The notes: generated by a model not told the origin, from the letters alone. A DNA stretch of 64,000 nt from an uncultured bacterium (GCA_963848965.1 CAWKFG010000004.1:32001-96000), one strand, 5' to 3'; positions 40,586 to 51,082 are shown, counted from the stretch's first letter. Made by a program: numbers and translations.

Positions 40586-41095
40586 TTACTCTGCTACACT
40601 TACTTGAGCAGGTCGCAGGACATGTCCTTTATGACGGTACCCTTTTTTAAACACAGAAACAATGGAGCCCGATGACTTATCTGATTTCACTTGCATGATT
40701 GCTTCATGAATTTCAGGATCAAACATATCAGTTTCTGTTATTTCTTCTACCTCATGTTTTTTCAAAAATTTCTGGAATGATTTAGTAATAAGTTCAATAC
40801 CAACAAGATGTGATGTAATTTCTGCAGGCAGTTCTTGTAGACGTAATTGCTCTAATGCTCGTTCAAAATCATCAACAATAGGCAAGATATCATCTATAAC
40901 TGTTTCTTGCCCATGGGCTATCCATTGAACTCGCTCTTTTTCAACACGCCTTCTAAAATTATCAAATTCCGCTTGTAAGTAGAGTTGGCGTTCACGTGCT
41001 TCTTGTAAAGAAGCGTGACATTCTTGTAACTCAGCCTCACAGCACTGTTCTTTTGTACATGCCTGTGGACAAGAAGATCCATTTTCGTTTTCCAT
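40586..41095 (-). CDS. grpE: Nucleotide exchange factor GrpE
   Basis: AEFDNFRRR, LPIVDDFERAL, FDPEIHEAI, KGY....VLRPAQVSV. Confidence 0.95.
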   Translation of the reverse strand: MENENGSSCPQACTKEQCCEAELQECHASLQEARERQLYLQAEFDNFRRRVEKERVQWIAHGQETVIDDILPIVDDFERALEQLRLQELPAEITSHLVGIELITKSFQKFLKKHEVEEITETDMFDPEIHEAIMQVKSDKSSGSIVSVFKKGYRHKGHVLRPAQVSVAE

Positions 41096-41172
41096 TATAA
41101 GTACCCTATTCAAAATCTACTGTAATAATGCTTTTATCTTTATAATACTCTATTTTGCAAAAATTATGAAGA

Positions 41173-42546
41173 TCAGCGCTCTCTAAACAGCATAAGCCCT
41201 ACTCCATAAGCAAGCGCAGAGACAAGAAGTCCATCAATTTCCGCAGAGATAAGTAACCCTTTTTCAAAAAATAACAGGATAAAGAATGTACCTAGCCCGC
41301 CAAAGACACTCAGATAAGCAGCACGCTTATTTATCCACCATGATTCTTTAGGAGCATAATAGGCAATAAGCAATGGTACTAACAATCCTGAAACGGGCAC
41401 TGCATAACTATCTACAAGTATTTTTATAAGATCACTAAACATAAATGCTAGAAATATTCCAATAGATCCTACTATAAGCATAACACCTTTAGAAATAAGT
41501 AGTTGATGTCGCTTATCAAGAGCAGGCAATTCAAAATCCTGTACAATATTACTACTTATAGCGCATAGTACTGCATTAGCACTAGAAATAATTGCAGCAA
41601 ACACTCCGTATACGACAAGCATAACAACAAGCGTCGGATACAACTGATCAAAATATGAGATTAAAGGACTTGCTGCTTCATTTAACGGGATACCTATCAC
41701 ACGTGCTTTCATACCAAAATATAAGGGGATAAATGCGAAAAGCAGTAAAAACAAGGCTGCAATACCAGCTCCTATTACTGCAAGACGTGAGGTACGTGAT
41801 GCAAAAAATACCTGCGCTAAATCTTGCTCAATCAAAGAATAGAGCGCAGGCATTAAAGGTATCACCATAAGGCGTGAAAGATCTGTTCCCTCTGCAAGCT
41901 TAAAAAATGCATGCTTTGTAAACGCAACACGCCACAACTCTGTAGGATTGCTTACTACATCTATGAAAAAGAGACTTACAAAAACGACAATGATTAACGA
42001 TAGTTGAAAGATATCATTTTGTACAATTGCTCGTAGCCCTCCAAGCATTGCATAGAGAATAATACCCAACCAGAACAAAATAAACACAAAAGCATTATAC
42101 ATTCCTAAAGAAACAAGCAATGTTTTTGAACCAACTACTTGAGCAGCAAAGATTCCACCAAGCGAAATAATAGAACATAATGATGCAACTTTCTTTAAAA
42201 AAGATGAATTATAATGCGTTTGAAAAATCTGCGCTGTCGTTTCAATATTCAACGCCCGCAAACGAGAAGCAATACCAAACGACAAAAGCATAAAACCAGC
42301 GCATACTCCTAACACATACAGTATGCCAAAATATCCTATCATATATGCTTCTTTTGAAGTACCAAGCAAAAACCCTCCCCCTAATTGTGTTGCAATAAGC
42401 GAGATAGTAATTTGAAATAAATTAAGATTTCTACCTGCTAAAAAATAGTCTTCAAGTGATTTTACCGATCGAGAAACAAGATATCCTACCACAAAGTAAA
42501 TAGCACCCAACAAAAGAAAAATTATAAGAAATGCTGTTCTTTCCAT
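41173..42546 (-). CDS. Sodium:solute symporter family protein
   Basis: DYFLAGR, ATQLGGG, Y..LGGL.AIV.ND.FQ, AAIISSA; about 13 TM helices. Confidence 0.88.
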   Translation of the reverse strand: MERTAFLIIFLLLGAIYFVVGYLVSRSVKSLEDYFLAGRNLNLFQITISLIATQLGGGFLLGTSKEAYMIGYFGILYVLGVCAGFMLLSFGIASRLRALNIETTAQIFQTHYNSSFLKKVASLCSIISLGGIFAAQVVGSKTLLVSLGMYNAFVFILFWLGIILYAMLGGLRAIVQNDIFQLSLIIVVFVSLFFIDVVSNPTELWRVAFTKHAFFKLAEGTDLSRLMVIPLMPALYSLIEQDLAQVFFASRTSRLAVIGAGIAALFLLLFAFIPLYFGMKARVIGIPLNEAASPLISYFDQLYPTLVVMLVVYGVFAAIISSANAVLCAISSNIVQDFELPALDKRHQLLISKGVMLIVGSIGIFLAFMFSDLIKILVDSYAVPVSGLLVPLLIAYYAPKESWWINKRAAYLSVFGGLGTFFILLFFEKGLLISAEIDGLLVSALAYGVGLMLFRER

Positions 42547-42800
42547 AGAGCCTCTTTAAAAAAAATAACACTATTTTGTAGTGTACCATGAGTTTTATGA
42601 TATCTCCAGATCCTCAATATACAAAGGCTAGGGTTGCCTATCCCACTCATTACTTTCTGTCTCTTTGAATAAAAAGCACATAAAAGCTTCAAATCCCGTT
42701 GAGTTTAAGCAGATAGCCACATCAATTATTGACAAATATAAAAACATAGAACCATACTTGGAGTAATATAGTTTAAATAATATCTACTTAAGGAGAATAT

Positions 42801-43112
42801 ATGAAATTTTACGCATTTTTAGCACTAGCGCTTTTAAGCGCTGGTACAGTTTTTGGAATGGAGCTAGTTTTACCAGGACATGTAGTAAAACAGAAACAGA
42901 AGAAAGGGATACAGGAAATAACTCTTGAAGCATCAACACAAGCTGAATATAATGAAATTATGCAAAAACTAAGTAACTTAGCAAAACAACATCCAGGTTC
43001 AGTAGTAGCTGGCAAAGGAGAAAAAGAAGCTCCTGCAGGTACAACACCCATTAGACTATGGGTAAAACCGAAATTTAAGAAGCCTAAAAAGCAAGGAAAG
43101 ATGCAAAAATAA
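42801..43112 (+). CDS. Small basic signal-peptide protein
   Basis: AAGGAG RBS; VFG|MEL; Lys-rich C-terminus KPKFKKPKKQGK. Confidence 0.65.
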   Translation: MKFYAFLALALLSAGTVFGMELVLPGHVVKQKQKKGIQEITLEASTQAEYNEIMQKLSNLAKQHPGSVVAGKGEKEAPAGTTPIRLWVKPKFKKPKKQGKMQK

Positions 43113-43204
43113 AGGAGTTGCGGTATTCACCCTTATCTATTTACTTAAAGGTCACCACCTTTGTTAATTAGGCAGCAGTGACCTTTTCATATCCTCTAAA
43201 TACC

Positions 43205-43969
43205 TTAAAATGGATTTTCAGTTTTTATAAACGTGCACGGTATACCAAAAACTTTCTGAAGATGCTCTCCAAGAGCCATTGGACCTACAGTTTCTGTAGT
43301 GTAGTGTCCCAAACCTAAGAAAGATATACCTTCTTCATGTGCACTATCCCACACAGGTTCATCAAATCTACCAGTTATAAAACAGTCAGCTCCTGCATGA
43401 GCTGCAGCAACAATAGATTTCTCTGCACCTCCAGAAACAATTGCAACAGAAGAAATAGAATCTTTTACTTTTACAAACGCAGCAGGACGGCCATAGTATT
43501 TCTCTACTTTTCTTTTAAATTCATCAAAAGATACTGGCACAAGATGACCTATGACACCAATAGGTACTTTATAATACTCTGCAAACGGTTGTAAATTCTG
43601 AAGTCCAAGATCAAGAGCAGCCCTATAGTTGTTGCCCAGCTCTCGGTGAGCATCAAGAGGCAAATGATACCCTAATAACGCAATATCATGCTTTATCAAA
43701 ACTTGAATCTTTTTGTAAAGAGTACCAACTAATGGATAAGGATCTCCCTTTTTAAAAATTCCATGATGAACAATAAGTGCCTGCACTCCTAAACGTGCAG
43801 CTTCTTCTAGTGTTTCAAGACTTGCTGTCACTGCTGTAGCAAGAGAAGTAATAGGACCAGTATGTCCTACCTGAACACCGTTTGGAGCCATATCTTCCAT
43901 TTTCATCGGATCAAGAAGCGCGTTTAAATAAGAGCTTAGTTCACTGAGTGTAATAGTTTTTTCTTTCAT
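43205..43969 (-). CDS. Nif3-like dinuclear metal centre protein (YbgI family)
   Basis: PNGVQV, LIVHHGIF, YHLPLDAHRELGNN, GHYTTE, C-terminal NPF. Confidence 0.9.
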   Translation of the reverse strand: MKEKTITLSELSSYLNALLDPMKMEDMAPNGVQVGHTGPITSLATAVTASLETLEEAARLGVQALIVHHGIFKKGDPYPLVGTLYKKIQVLIKHDIALLGYHLPLDAHRELGNNYRAALDLGLQNLQPFAEYYKVPIGVIGHLVPVSFDEFKRKVEKYYGRPAAFVKVKDSISSVAIVSGGAEKSIVAAAHAGADCFITGRFDEPVWDSAHEEGISFLGLGHYTTETVGPMALGEHLQKVFGIPCTFIKTENPF

Positions 43970-44182
43970 ACAACCTTTCTAAAGGAGTGTTGATGGTAAA
44001 GTACCTCAAAAAGATCTGCAAAAAGCATAGAGCAAAATACAGGTACTTACAACTTTACCTTTACAAGCAACTGTACTTTTCACATTTTAAAAATAGTTTT
44101 TCAACAAACAAATTATTGAAAATATGCTAGAAAATAAGCTATTCTATCTAAAAATAGACAAATATAAAACAGAGAGGCTAGT

Positions 44183-44773
44183 ATGAATCGTAACAACCTT
44201 GTAGATGAGCTCAGCATTATTTTAGTAAAAAATCATATTTTTTCTTTTACTGATGCACAAGCCTTACGAAAAGCATTTGCCAATCGCGATGATATAACCT
44301 ATGAAGACTTTCTTTTAGAGCAAGGCGTTGTAGAAAAAGATGATCTTCTTCAAGCATTGTCTGAATACTATAAAGTTCCTGCAATGGATGTTATAGGTGA
44401 ATTTTTTAATCATCAATTTTTACGACTTATTCCTAAAGATGTTATGATTCGTCATTCTATGATTCCTCTCTGGCGTGATGCCGATACTCTTACTGTAGTA
44501 GCAGCTGACCCAAGTGATCCTCATCTACCAGTAGTATTAGGCAAATATGTAACACACAATATTACGTTTATGGTAGGAATTGCACAAGACATTGACGAAA
44601 CAATTGAAGAATTCTATGATCAGTCTGATACTTATCAACCTAACGACATTGCAAATCGTCTTATGGAACGCAGTAGCTTTGATGAATATTCACCAGAACG
44701 ACTTGAAACTGAAAGAGGACAAATAATACCTCTTATGGTTGAAGAAACCGACGATGACTATGAAAGTAAATAG
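44183..44773 (+). CDS. Stand-alone GspE/PilB N-terminal (T2SSE_N-like) domain protein
   Basis: L..QG.V...DLLQALSEYY.VP, L..IP.....H.MIP, LTVVAADP.D; no ATPase domain. Confidence 0.6.
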   Translation: MNRNNLVDELSIILVKNHIFSFTDAQALRKAFANRDDITYEDFLLEQGVVEKDDLLQALSEYYKVPAMDVIGEFFNHQFLRLIPKDVMIRHSMIPLWRDADTLTVVAADPSDPHLPVVLGKYVTHNITFMVGIAQDIDETIEEFYDQSDTYQPNDIANRLMERSSFDEYSPERLETERGQIIPLMVEETDDDYESK

Positions 44774-44880
44774 TACGTATTAATAAGCCTACTGGCAATA
44801 AATTATAACAGACAGCCTTTTTCTCTTGTATCTTCACATACAATTATTATATTGTGAACAGAGAAAGGAGAAAACGCTGT

Positions 44881-46008
44881 ATGAAGCACATATACCAGGT
44901 AATAGTTGTATTCTTACTCATTTGTACTCATGCTCTTAAAGCTTCTACTTTTAATAGAAGTTTTTTTTATCGAGCGTCTTCTTTTTGGGGCGAACCACGA
45001 TTTGAAAGAAATGGTTTAACTACTCTTGATATAGCACTTTCTGGAGGCTCTACCCATAAAGGACGTAATAAATGTGGCGACACGACAGATATTCTTTCTA
45101 TCTATAGTTCGGACGTTTCTTTTACGCCTTCACACAATCAGGTCTGCAAGCGTGGCACTTTTGACCTTTTTGAAGCAAATTTTAATCTTTATCAAAACCT
45201 GTGTTATGGCCTATTTTGGCATTTTCATCTACCAGTAGTGCTTGCTCGATTATCTCCTTGTAGCAATAAAGCTCACACAAAAATCTCTAAAAAACCGTTA
45301 CCGTTATGGCGACAGACTGCAGAACATTTTGAGTCCTTTTTAGAAAAATGTACTTTCTGCGTACGCTCTTTTAAAAAAGCAGCTCTTTCAGATGCTTCTC
45401 TTCTTTTAGGCTGGACACATTCATTTGATGGTCCCTGTTACTCAGATTTTATTGATGTAACCTTACAAGCTGGCATCTTATTTCCAACAGGCAAAAAGAA
45501 AAATAATGCTCTCTTATTTGACATTCCTTATGGTTATAATGGCCATTGGGGTTTCTCTTTTATTAGCGACATAGCTCTAGGAGCATGTGATTGGCTTACC
45601 GTAGGGCTTCATAGTGATGCTATAGCTTTTGGCAGTAGAACAAACTGTATAGACGCAAACAAAGAATTTCGAATTTCTGCAGGACCTGTATGGCGATTAG
45701 GAGCATATATGAAAGCAGACCATTTTTGTAGCCCTCTCTCCTTAGTAGTTGCTTTTGCTTATGAGCAGAAAAATAGTGACAGAGTGCACCTGAAAAATAA
45801 TACTGTTCCGGACGCACTTGTAGCTGGTACACAAAAGTGGTCACGATGGTTGTTACATATTTTATTTGAGTATGATTTTACGATAGAAGAAAGCATTATT
45901 GGCCCTCGTATAGGTTTTTTTTATAATAGAGAGCTTGCAGGTAAGCGTGTATTTTCTACTCATACTGGCGGCGGCTTTCTAGGTCTTGATGTTACCTGGT
46001 GCTTTTAA
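44881..46008 (+). CDS. Secreted putative beta-barrel protein, distant relative of the 9.7-18 kb family
   Basis: Signal peptide; LLLGWT, FPTGKKK...GYNGHWG; C-terminal LDVTWCF. Confidence 0.5.
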   Translation: MKHIYQVIVVFLLICTHALKASTFNRSFFYRASSFWGEPRFERNGLTTLDIALSGGSTHKGRNKCGDTTDILSIYSSDVSFTPSHNQVCKRGTFDLFEANFNLYQNLCYGLFWHFHLPVVLARLSPCSNKAHTKISKKPLPLWRQTAEHFESFLEKCTFCVRSFKKAALSDASLLLGWTHSFDGPCYSDFIDVTLQAGILFPTGKKKNNALLFDIPYGYNGHWGFSFISDIALGACDWLTVGLHSDAIAFGSRTNCIDANKEFRISAGPVWRLGAYMKADHFCSPLSLVVAFAYEQKNSDRVHLKNNTVPDALVAGTQKWSRWLLHILFEYDFTIEESIIGPRIGFFYNRELAGKRVFSTHTGGGFLGLDVTWCF

Positions 46009-46446
46009 AGTATAGATAAGCCTATTAAGCAAAATAACTGTTTTAGAGTATACAAGACTATTCTCTTTACAAAAGATTGCACAGAATTCCTCTTTGATTA
46101 TCTCTAAGAGCTCAATAAGCCCCGCTTTATCTTCTTGCTTTTGTGTTTGAATAATACTACGTAAACTTCTATATTCTCTCCACAACTCTTCTACCATTTT
46201 GACAAGCTCTGTACAAATTTCCTTTCTTTGCTCATCTGTTGTATGAATAGCTCGTACTAAATCAAGATTTGTCCATACATCCATGCAACGCTTTAAAAAG
46301 CTTTCATATGAAGGCGCTTTACGAGCAAAAAAACCCCAAAATCTATACACACATTCATAATCTTTTTCACAGAAAGTAGAAAGCGCTATTGAAAGCATTC
46401 CACAGAGCCATACTACCGAACTTTTTTTTATCATAATCACTTTCAT
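45979..46446 (-). CDS. Hypothetical helical protein with signal-like N-terminus
   Basis: 155-aa ORF; no recognisable motif. Confidence 0.45.
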   Translation of the reverse strand: MKVIMIKKSSVVWLCGMLSIALSTFCEKDYECVYRFWGFFARKAPSYESFLKRCMDVWTNLDLVRAIHTTDEQRKEICTELVKMVEELWREYRSLRSIIQTQKQEDKAGLIELLEIIKEEFCAIFCKENSLVYSKTVILLNRLIYTLKAPGNIKT

Positions 46447-46686
46447 TATAAGCGCATTTTTAAGAGAGCATTGCTATTATAATATTTGCAAATTGAATTA
46501 GCAAAAGTCAATAATTTGAATTATTAATTTAAGAATGAATTATAAAAATAAAAAACTATGTACATCTCTCTGTTCCTCTACCGACCAGAGCTTAGTAACA
46601 AAAATAGCGCCTTATTGACTAACATAAAATTATATATTACAATATGTTTAAATTTAATATAACAAATTTAAATTAAGGCTTTCAAT

Positions 46687-47673
46687 ATGAATAAATCATT
46701 GTTGGTAAGTATCTTCTCAATCATACTTATAATCAATGCCTATGGCATGGAACAGAACTCTTCTTCTTATACAAGCGATGAATCAACTGAATTTTTAGAT
46801 GCAGCAAAAGACGGATCTCTAGAAAGAATTAAAGCTCTTTTAGAAGTAGGCGCTGATATTAATGCGCAAGATCAATGGGGCCGTACAGCATTATACTATG
46901 CTACAAAATATGGACATAAAGAAGTAGTAAAGATATTGCTTAATCGTAACGCTGATAGCAATATACAAGATCAAAGTGGCGTTTCTTGCTTAATGTGTGC
47001 AGCAGAGCGTAATTGCAAAGAGTTAGCAGCTTTACTAATAGCACGTGGAGCTCACATTAATGCTCACGATAAGTATCGTAACAGCGTCTTAAGCTATGCA
47101 ACAAAAAATAATCATTCTGGTATGGCTCAATTTCTAAATCTTTGCAACACTGAGCACGTACAAGCATATCTTAAAGATCCTCAAGCATACGCTGATGTTA
47201 ATCAGTCTGAGAGCACTTTCACAACAAAGCTTATGCTTGCATGCATCTTTGGGCATAGTGAGATTATAGCTTCATATAGAGACTGTACTTCAGAATATCT
47301 TAATAGCAAAGATTCTAACGGATACACCGCATTTGAATATGCTCTCCTTTATAATCTTGATAGCGCAGCTGCACTTCTTACTATTTTTGATACAAAAATT
47401 GAATGGTTTGACGCATCAGACACAAAAGTACAAGATTTAAACTTAAAAGACGATGCCTTGAGCAATGCATTTATATCAATAGCAGCTTACTTAACTGGCG
47501 TAAAACTAGACAAAAGAAAAGCGTTATTCAACTACGCAGTAGAGAATAATCATCAACCTCTCGTGCAAGCACTTTTAAATACTGGCCATCTTAAGCATTT
47601 ACCACACGATCTTTTTCGAGAGCTTTTATTTTTTACAACTTCTTGTAAGAGTAATAACAGGACCTATTTTTAA
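46687..47673 (+). CDS. Signal-peptide ankyrin-repeat protein
   Basis: AYG|MEQ; GADINAQDQWGRTALYYA repeats. Confidence 0.85.
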   Translation: MNKSLLVSIFSIILIINAYGMEQNSSSYTSDESTEFLDAAKDGSLERIKALLEVGADINAQDQWGRTALYYATKYGHKEVVKILLNRNADSNIQDQSGVSCLMCAAERNCKELAALLIARGAHINAHDKYRNSVLSYATKNNHSGMAQFLNLCNTEHVQAYLKDPQAYADVNQSESTFTTKLMLACIFGHSEIIASYRDCTSEYLNSKDSNGYTAFEYALLYNLDSAAALLTIFDTKIEWFDASDTKVQDLNLKDDALSNAFISIAAYLTGVKLDKRKALFNYAVENNHQPLVQALLNTGHLKHLPHDLFRELLFFTTSCKSNNRTYF

Positions 47674-47766
47674 GCATAAGACTACTATCTCCATAAAGCA
47701 AAGATAAAACTTTTGCTTTGTGGAGATATCACTCACATAAGAGCTATAAGTGAGATTCTTGACTCA

Positions 47767-48567
47767 TTACCAATAAAGATTTTTTTCGTAACCAAGATCA
47801 ATAAGTAGTTTACCTGCAACTCTTTTAAAGGCTATCTTATGCACTTGCTTAAAATGTTGCTTCCAAGAGCCAATTTTACCCTCTCTAAAAGTCACATTAG
47901 GTGCACCAAAGATAACGAAAGCTATTTCCTGAGCTCGTGTTCGTGTTATAGGATATCCTAAATGAGAGGCTATATTCATAATCTCTCTAATTTGGTCATG
48001 AGTACTCCCTCCTCCCTTAGATCCTACAAGTGATTCAAAACGCGTTGTATATATCATAGGTTGGTAACGCCATGGCATATAAAAATTACGGTACACAGAA
48101 TCAATATTTTTTGGCCGAGTACTATATTGCTCATATTCATGAAATAATGAATAGTTATCGATCAGGAAAAGTATCATTTCATCAAAGCTATACTTTTGGT
48201 AAGCTTTCCATTTTTCTTTATGTGCTAATTTGTACACCCAATAAGCCATAGATATGATATTATCTCGAGGATCACGTAAAATTAAGACTCCTCTAAAGTT
48301 ATGTGCCTTCAATTGTTCAACATGTTTGAAAGTATATGTTGCATGACAAAAAAGGAATCTATCAGAAGGAAATTCCTCAAGGTTAAGATGGTCTATGCGA
48401 GTCCACGGTTCTCCGCAGGGCTTATGCCTTTTACCAGTTATATGCTGTATACATTCGATAAGTAAATGTGTACCTGACTTAGGAACTGATGTAACAAAAG
48501 TATTATCGTACTTAGCTTGAAGCATTGAAAACCCTATAAGTACCATGATTACTACTGAATGCTTCAT
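47767..48567 (-). CDS. Sulfotransferase domain protein with signal peptide
   Basis: 5'-PSB PKSGTHLL, 3'-PB RDPRD..IS, FREGKIGSWK. Confidence 0.88.
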   Translation of the reverse strand: MKHSVVIMVLIGFSMLQAKYDNTFVTSVPKSGTHLLIECIQHITGKRHKPCGEPWTRIDHLNLEEFPSDRFLFCHATYTFKHVEQLKAHNFRGVLILRDPRDNIISMAYWVYKLAHKEKWKAYQKYSFDEMILFLIDNYSLFHEYEQYSTRPKNIDSVYRNFYMPWRYQPMIYTTRFESLVGSKGGGSTHDQIREIMNIASHLGYPITRTRAQEIAFVIFGAPNVTFREGKIGSWKQHFKQVHKIAFKRVAGKLLIDLGYEKNLYW

Positions 48568-49475
48568 ACATTCCCTCCTTTGCTCTTTTTAGCTTTTTTA
48601 GTCCAAGAAACATCCCAATAATGTACAGCAAATGATTCAGCCTTAATCCATTGTTTTACTTGCTTATAACTCTTTATATCTTTCTGAAAGTGTGCTATAG
48701 GATAAAAGAATGTATTAGGAAATAACACGCAGCGCTTGCTTTGTCCTTGTCTTTTTAGATAGTGCATAATCATATTAGTAAAATGGATAGGACCTGTATA
48801 AGTTACAGTAGCATTCATACTAACTTCATTCTTAGGCTTCCTTTTCATATTTTCTATGCAATACTTTAAAATAGGATGGCCTGCGGCTGCACCAATAAGA
48901 GCATTATTCACACGAAGTTCCCGTCTAAAGACAATACCCGCATAAAAATCAAGACCATGGTGAAGCAGATCAAACGGACGTATACACTCAAAGTCAGTAT
49001 CGGCATAGAGCCCTCCAAATCTGTAAAGAATCTCATAGCGCGCAATATCGGCCTTTTCCCCATAGTTTGATGCTGCATTATAAAGCTCCTTATTGCGTAA
49101 CCCAAAAGCTTCAACATCTTTATCGGTCCAAAGTATATATTTCCAATCTGGATGCAATCGACGCCATGATGCCTGCAATTGCTTGTATCGGTCAGGTAAG
49201 GGAGAGCCGAGCCATATTTGATGAATTATTTTAGGGATTGTCGGCTTATGCGAATAGGCAAAATTGCGTAAAAAGTTTGTGTCATAAGTTTCTTTGGCAA
49301 GTCTCCAATGAATATTATTCAGTAAAAAGGGTGTATAAATCTTAAACCGAGATGAAGGCACCATGCTTTGATTAAAATCTATTCTAAGATGATGAGGCAA
49401 CATATATGCTTTACTCATTATAGCTATATTGAGCACTAGACCAAGTAGAGCATATGTATAGTAAGTACGGATCAT
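48564..49475 (-). CDS. Glycosyltransferase family 32 (DXD, OCH1-like)
   Basis: IPKIIHQIWLG, SW...HPDW.Y.LWTD, ADIARYEILY.FGGLYADTD, TGP, HYW..SW. Confidence 0.9.
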   Translation of the reverse strand: MIRTYYTYALLGLVLNIAIMSKAYMLPHHLRIDFNQSMVPSSRFKIYTPFLLNNIHWRLAKETYDTNFLRNFAYSHKPTIPKIIHQIWLGSPLPDRYKQLQASWRRLHPDWKYILWTDKDVEAFGLRNKELYNAASNYGEKADIARYEILYRFGGLYADTDFECIRPFDLLHHGLDFYAGIVFRRELRVNNALIGAAAGHPILKYCIENMKRKPKNEVSMNATVTYTGPIHFTNMIMHYLKRQGQSKRCVLFPNTFFYPIAHFQKDIKSYKQVKQWIKAESFAVHYWDVSWTKKAKKSKGGNV

Positions 49476-49494
49476 TGTATTCCTTATATGTATA

Positions 49495-50322
49495 TTACCA
49501 GTGTAAATTTGCTTCGTAGCCTAAACGTACAAGTAATTCTCCGGCTACAGCTTTAAAGGCTCTTTTATGCATTGGTTTAAAATGGCTTTTCCAGGAACCT
49601 ATTTGTCCTTCTCTAAAGGTCTTACTATTTGTATCGAACACCTTATGAGCAACTTCTTGCGCTTTTTGGTCATCAAAAGGCACAGATAAGTGACGTGCTA
49701 TATTTCTAATCTCTCTGAGTTGCTTTTGAGCATCTCCCCCTCCTTGAGGACCAATTAAATCTTCAAATTTAGTAGTATACATAAATGGGCACTTTTGCCA
49801 TGGCAGGTAAAGCTTCGTGTATACATCATAGAGATTTTTAATATGCAGAGAATTTACATAGTTCGGATAGCTATCAAATTGAGCATGCTCATTAATAAGC
49901 TTCATAAGTAATTCGTCTATAGAAAGCTTGCTAGTAGGATGATTTTTTGAATACCAGTAAGCTCGTGAGACGATAACATCTCTTGGGTCTCTAATAATAA
50001 ATATTCCTTTAAAGTTGTTTCTTTTTAATGCTCCAACATTTTGAGCACTATAAATAGCATGAGTACCTAAAAAGCGATTATCTGGAAGATTCTTTAAGGC
50101 TTTGGGTTTTAGAACGGTAAGGGGTTGGCCTACAAACTTAAGAGATTTTTGCGTGATAAGTTCTACACATGTACTTAAAACATGAGTTCCTGATTTGGGT
50201 AAAGCCGTAATAAATGCCTTGTGTTGATCAGCGGCTTGTGTAAGAAATGTCAGTGAGCTGGCTAACAGCACCCCCTTAATAGATCTCAATACCTGTAGTA
50301 ATATCATACGTATAGTCCTCAT
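49495..50322 (-). CDS. Sulfotransferase domain protein (paralog of 47767)
   Basis: PKSGTHVL, RDPRDVIVS, FREGQIGSWK, LGYE...W. Confidence 0.88.
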   Translation of the reverse strand: MRTIRMILLQVLRSIKGVLLASSLTFLTQAADQHKAFITALPKSGTHVLSTCVELITQKSLKFVGQPLTVLKPKALKNLPDNRFLGTHAIYSAQNVGALKRNNFKGIFIIRDPRDVIVSRAYWYSKNHPTSKLSIDELLMKLINEHAQFDSYPNYVNSLHIKNLYDVYTKLYLPWQKCPFMYTTKFEDLIGPQGGGDAQKQLREIRNIARHLSVPFDDQKAQEVAHKVFDTNSKTFREGQIGSWKSHFKPMHKRAFKAVAGELLVRLGYEANLHW

Positions 50323-50421
50323 ACCTAGAAATTAGACTTGTTTGTGTTATTCTAGGTAAAAGTAAAAAGCACAGTCAATAGCTTTTATATCTTTTTGTAA
50401 AGAAGCTTAGCTATTAACTGC

Positions 50422-50596
50422 TCAATTTCTATGTGATATCCCACTTTTCAGAAAGCATTTTAAGGAATTTTTTCCCTTGATAGCAATACCATCAGCAACT
50501 ATTGTTTCAAAATGCTTAGCTTTCAACTCTTGGATGTATTTTTTTTGTATAATCTGATCGAGAGTACATTGTGCAGCAACTTCTAAAGTTTCTCCC
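50422..50596 (-). pseudogene. 3' remnant of an AAA-ATPase/PD-(D/E)XK nuclease (PDDEXK_9-like) gene
   Basis: LEVAAQCTLDQIIQKKYIQELKAK...GIAIKGK resembles the 'AL.QI..KKY..EL...GIAF.GK' C-terminus; truncated against the TnpB remnant. Confidence 0.5.
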
Positions 50597-50904
50597 AATA
50601 ACGGATGGGGCAAATTTGTTTTTATGCTTGGCTATAAATTGGCAGAGAGAGGCAAACAGCTTATAAAGATAGACAAATGGTTTCCTTCATCAAAGATGTG
50701 TTCTTCATGCAGTAGTATAAAAGAACGTCTAGAACTATCAGAAAGATGGTATGATTGTCAGCATTGTGGGTACTCTCAAGAGAGAGATATCAATGCTGCT
50801 AGAAATATTAGAACCGTGGGGATCACGGGGATAGCTTGATAAATATCCTGAGGCTGCTCAGGAGTTCCCAAGAAGCCCCCACCTCTTAGGTGGAGGTAGT
50901 TCAC
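50597..50904 (+). mobile_element. tnpB: IS200/IS605-family remnant: C-terminal TnpB fragment plus right end (omega-RNA region)
   Basis: In-frame NGWGKFVFMLGYK...WFPSSKMCSSC...WYDCQHCG...ERDINAARNI (stop at 50839), then hairpin right end GAAGCCCCCACCTCTTAGGTGGAGGTAGTTCAC ending in TCAC. Confidence 0.85.
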
Positions 50905-50977
50905 CTTCATATGTATCGCTTAGTATAACAAGAAGGCAAATAAAGAAAGCAACAGAGTATTTATCACTTATAGTACC

Positions 50978-51082
50978 TTATCTATTAAACCAAGCTCCGG
51001 GCCTATTAGTCTCATAATATGCTACCCAAGGGCCACCTAGGGTCAACTTACTAGCATTGCCAAGCATACGGATAGTTTTCAT
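50978..51082 (-). CDS. Lasso peptide precursor A1: MKTIRMLGNASKLTL|GGPWVAYYETNRPGAWFNR
   Basis: Manual translation; AAGGAG RBS; G-x-A-S-x-L-T leader with Thr at -2; core Gly1, Glu9. Confidence 0.85.
   Translation of the reverse strand: MKTIRMLGNASKLTLGGPWVAYYETNRPGAWFNR

Noticed and set aside
50422..50613. Dihydrolipoamide dehydrogenase C-terminus (PHPLLGETL resembles HPTLSE)
   Set aside because: PHP comes from the antisense TnpB fragment; the remainder fits a PD-(D/E)XK nuclease tail better
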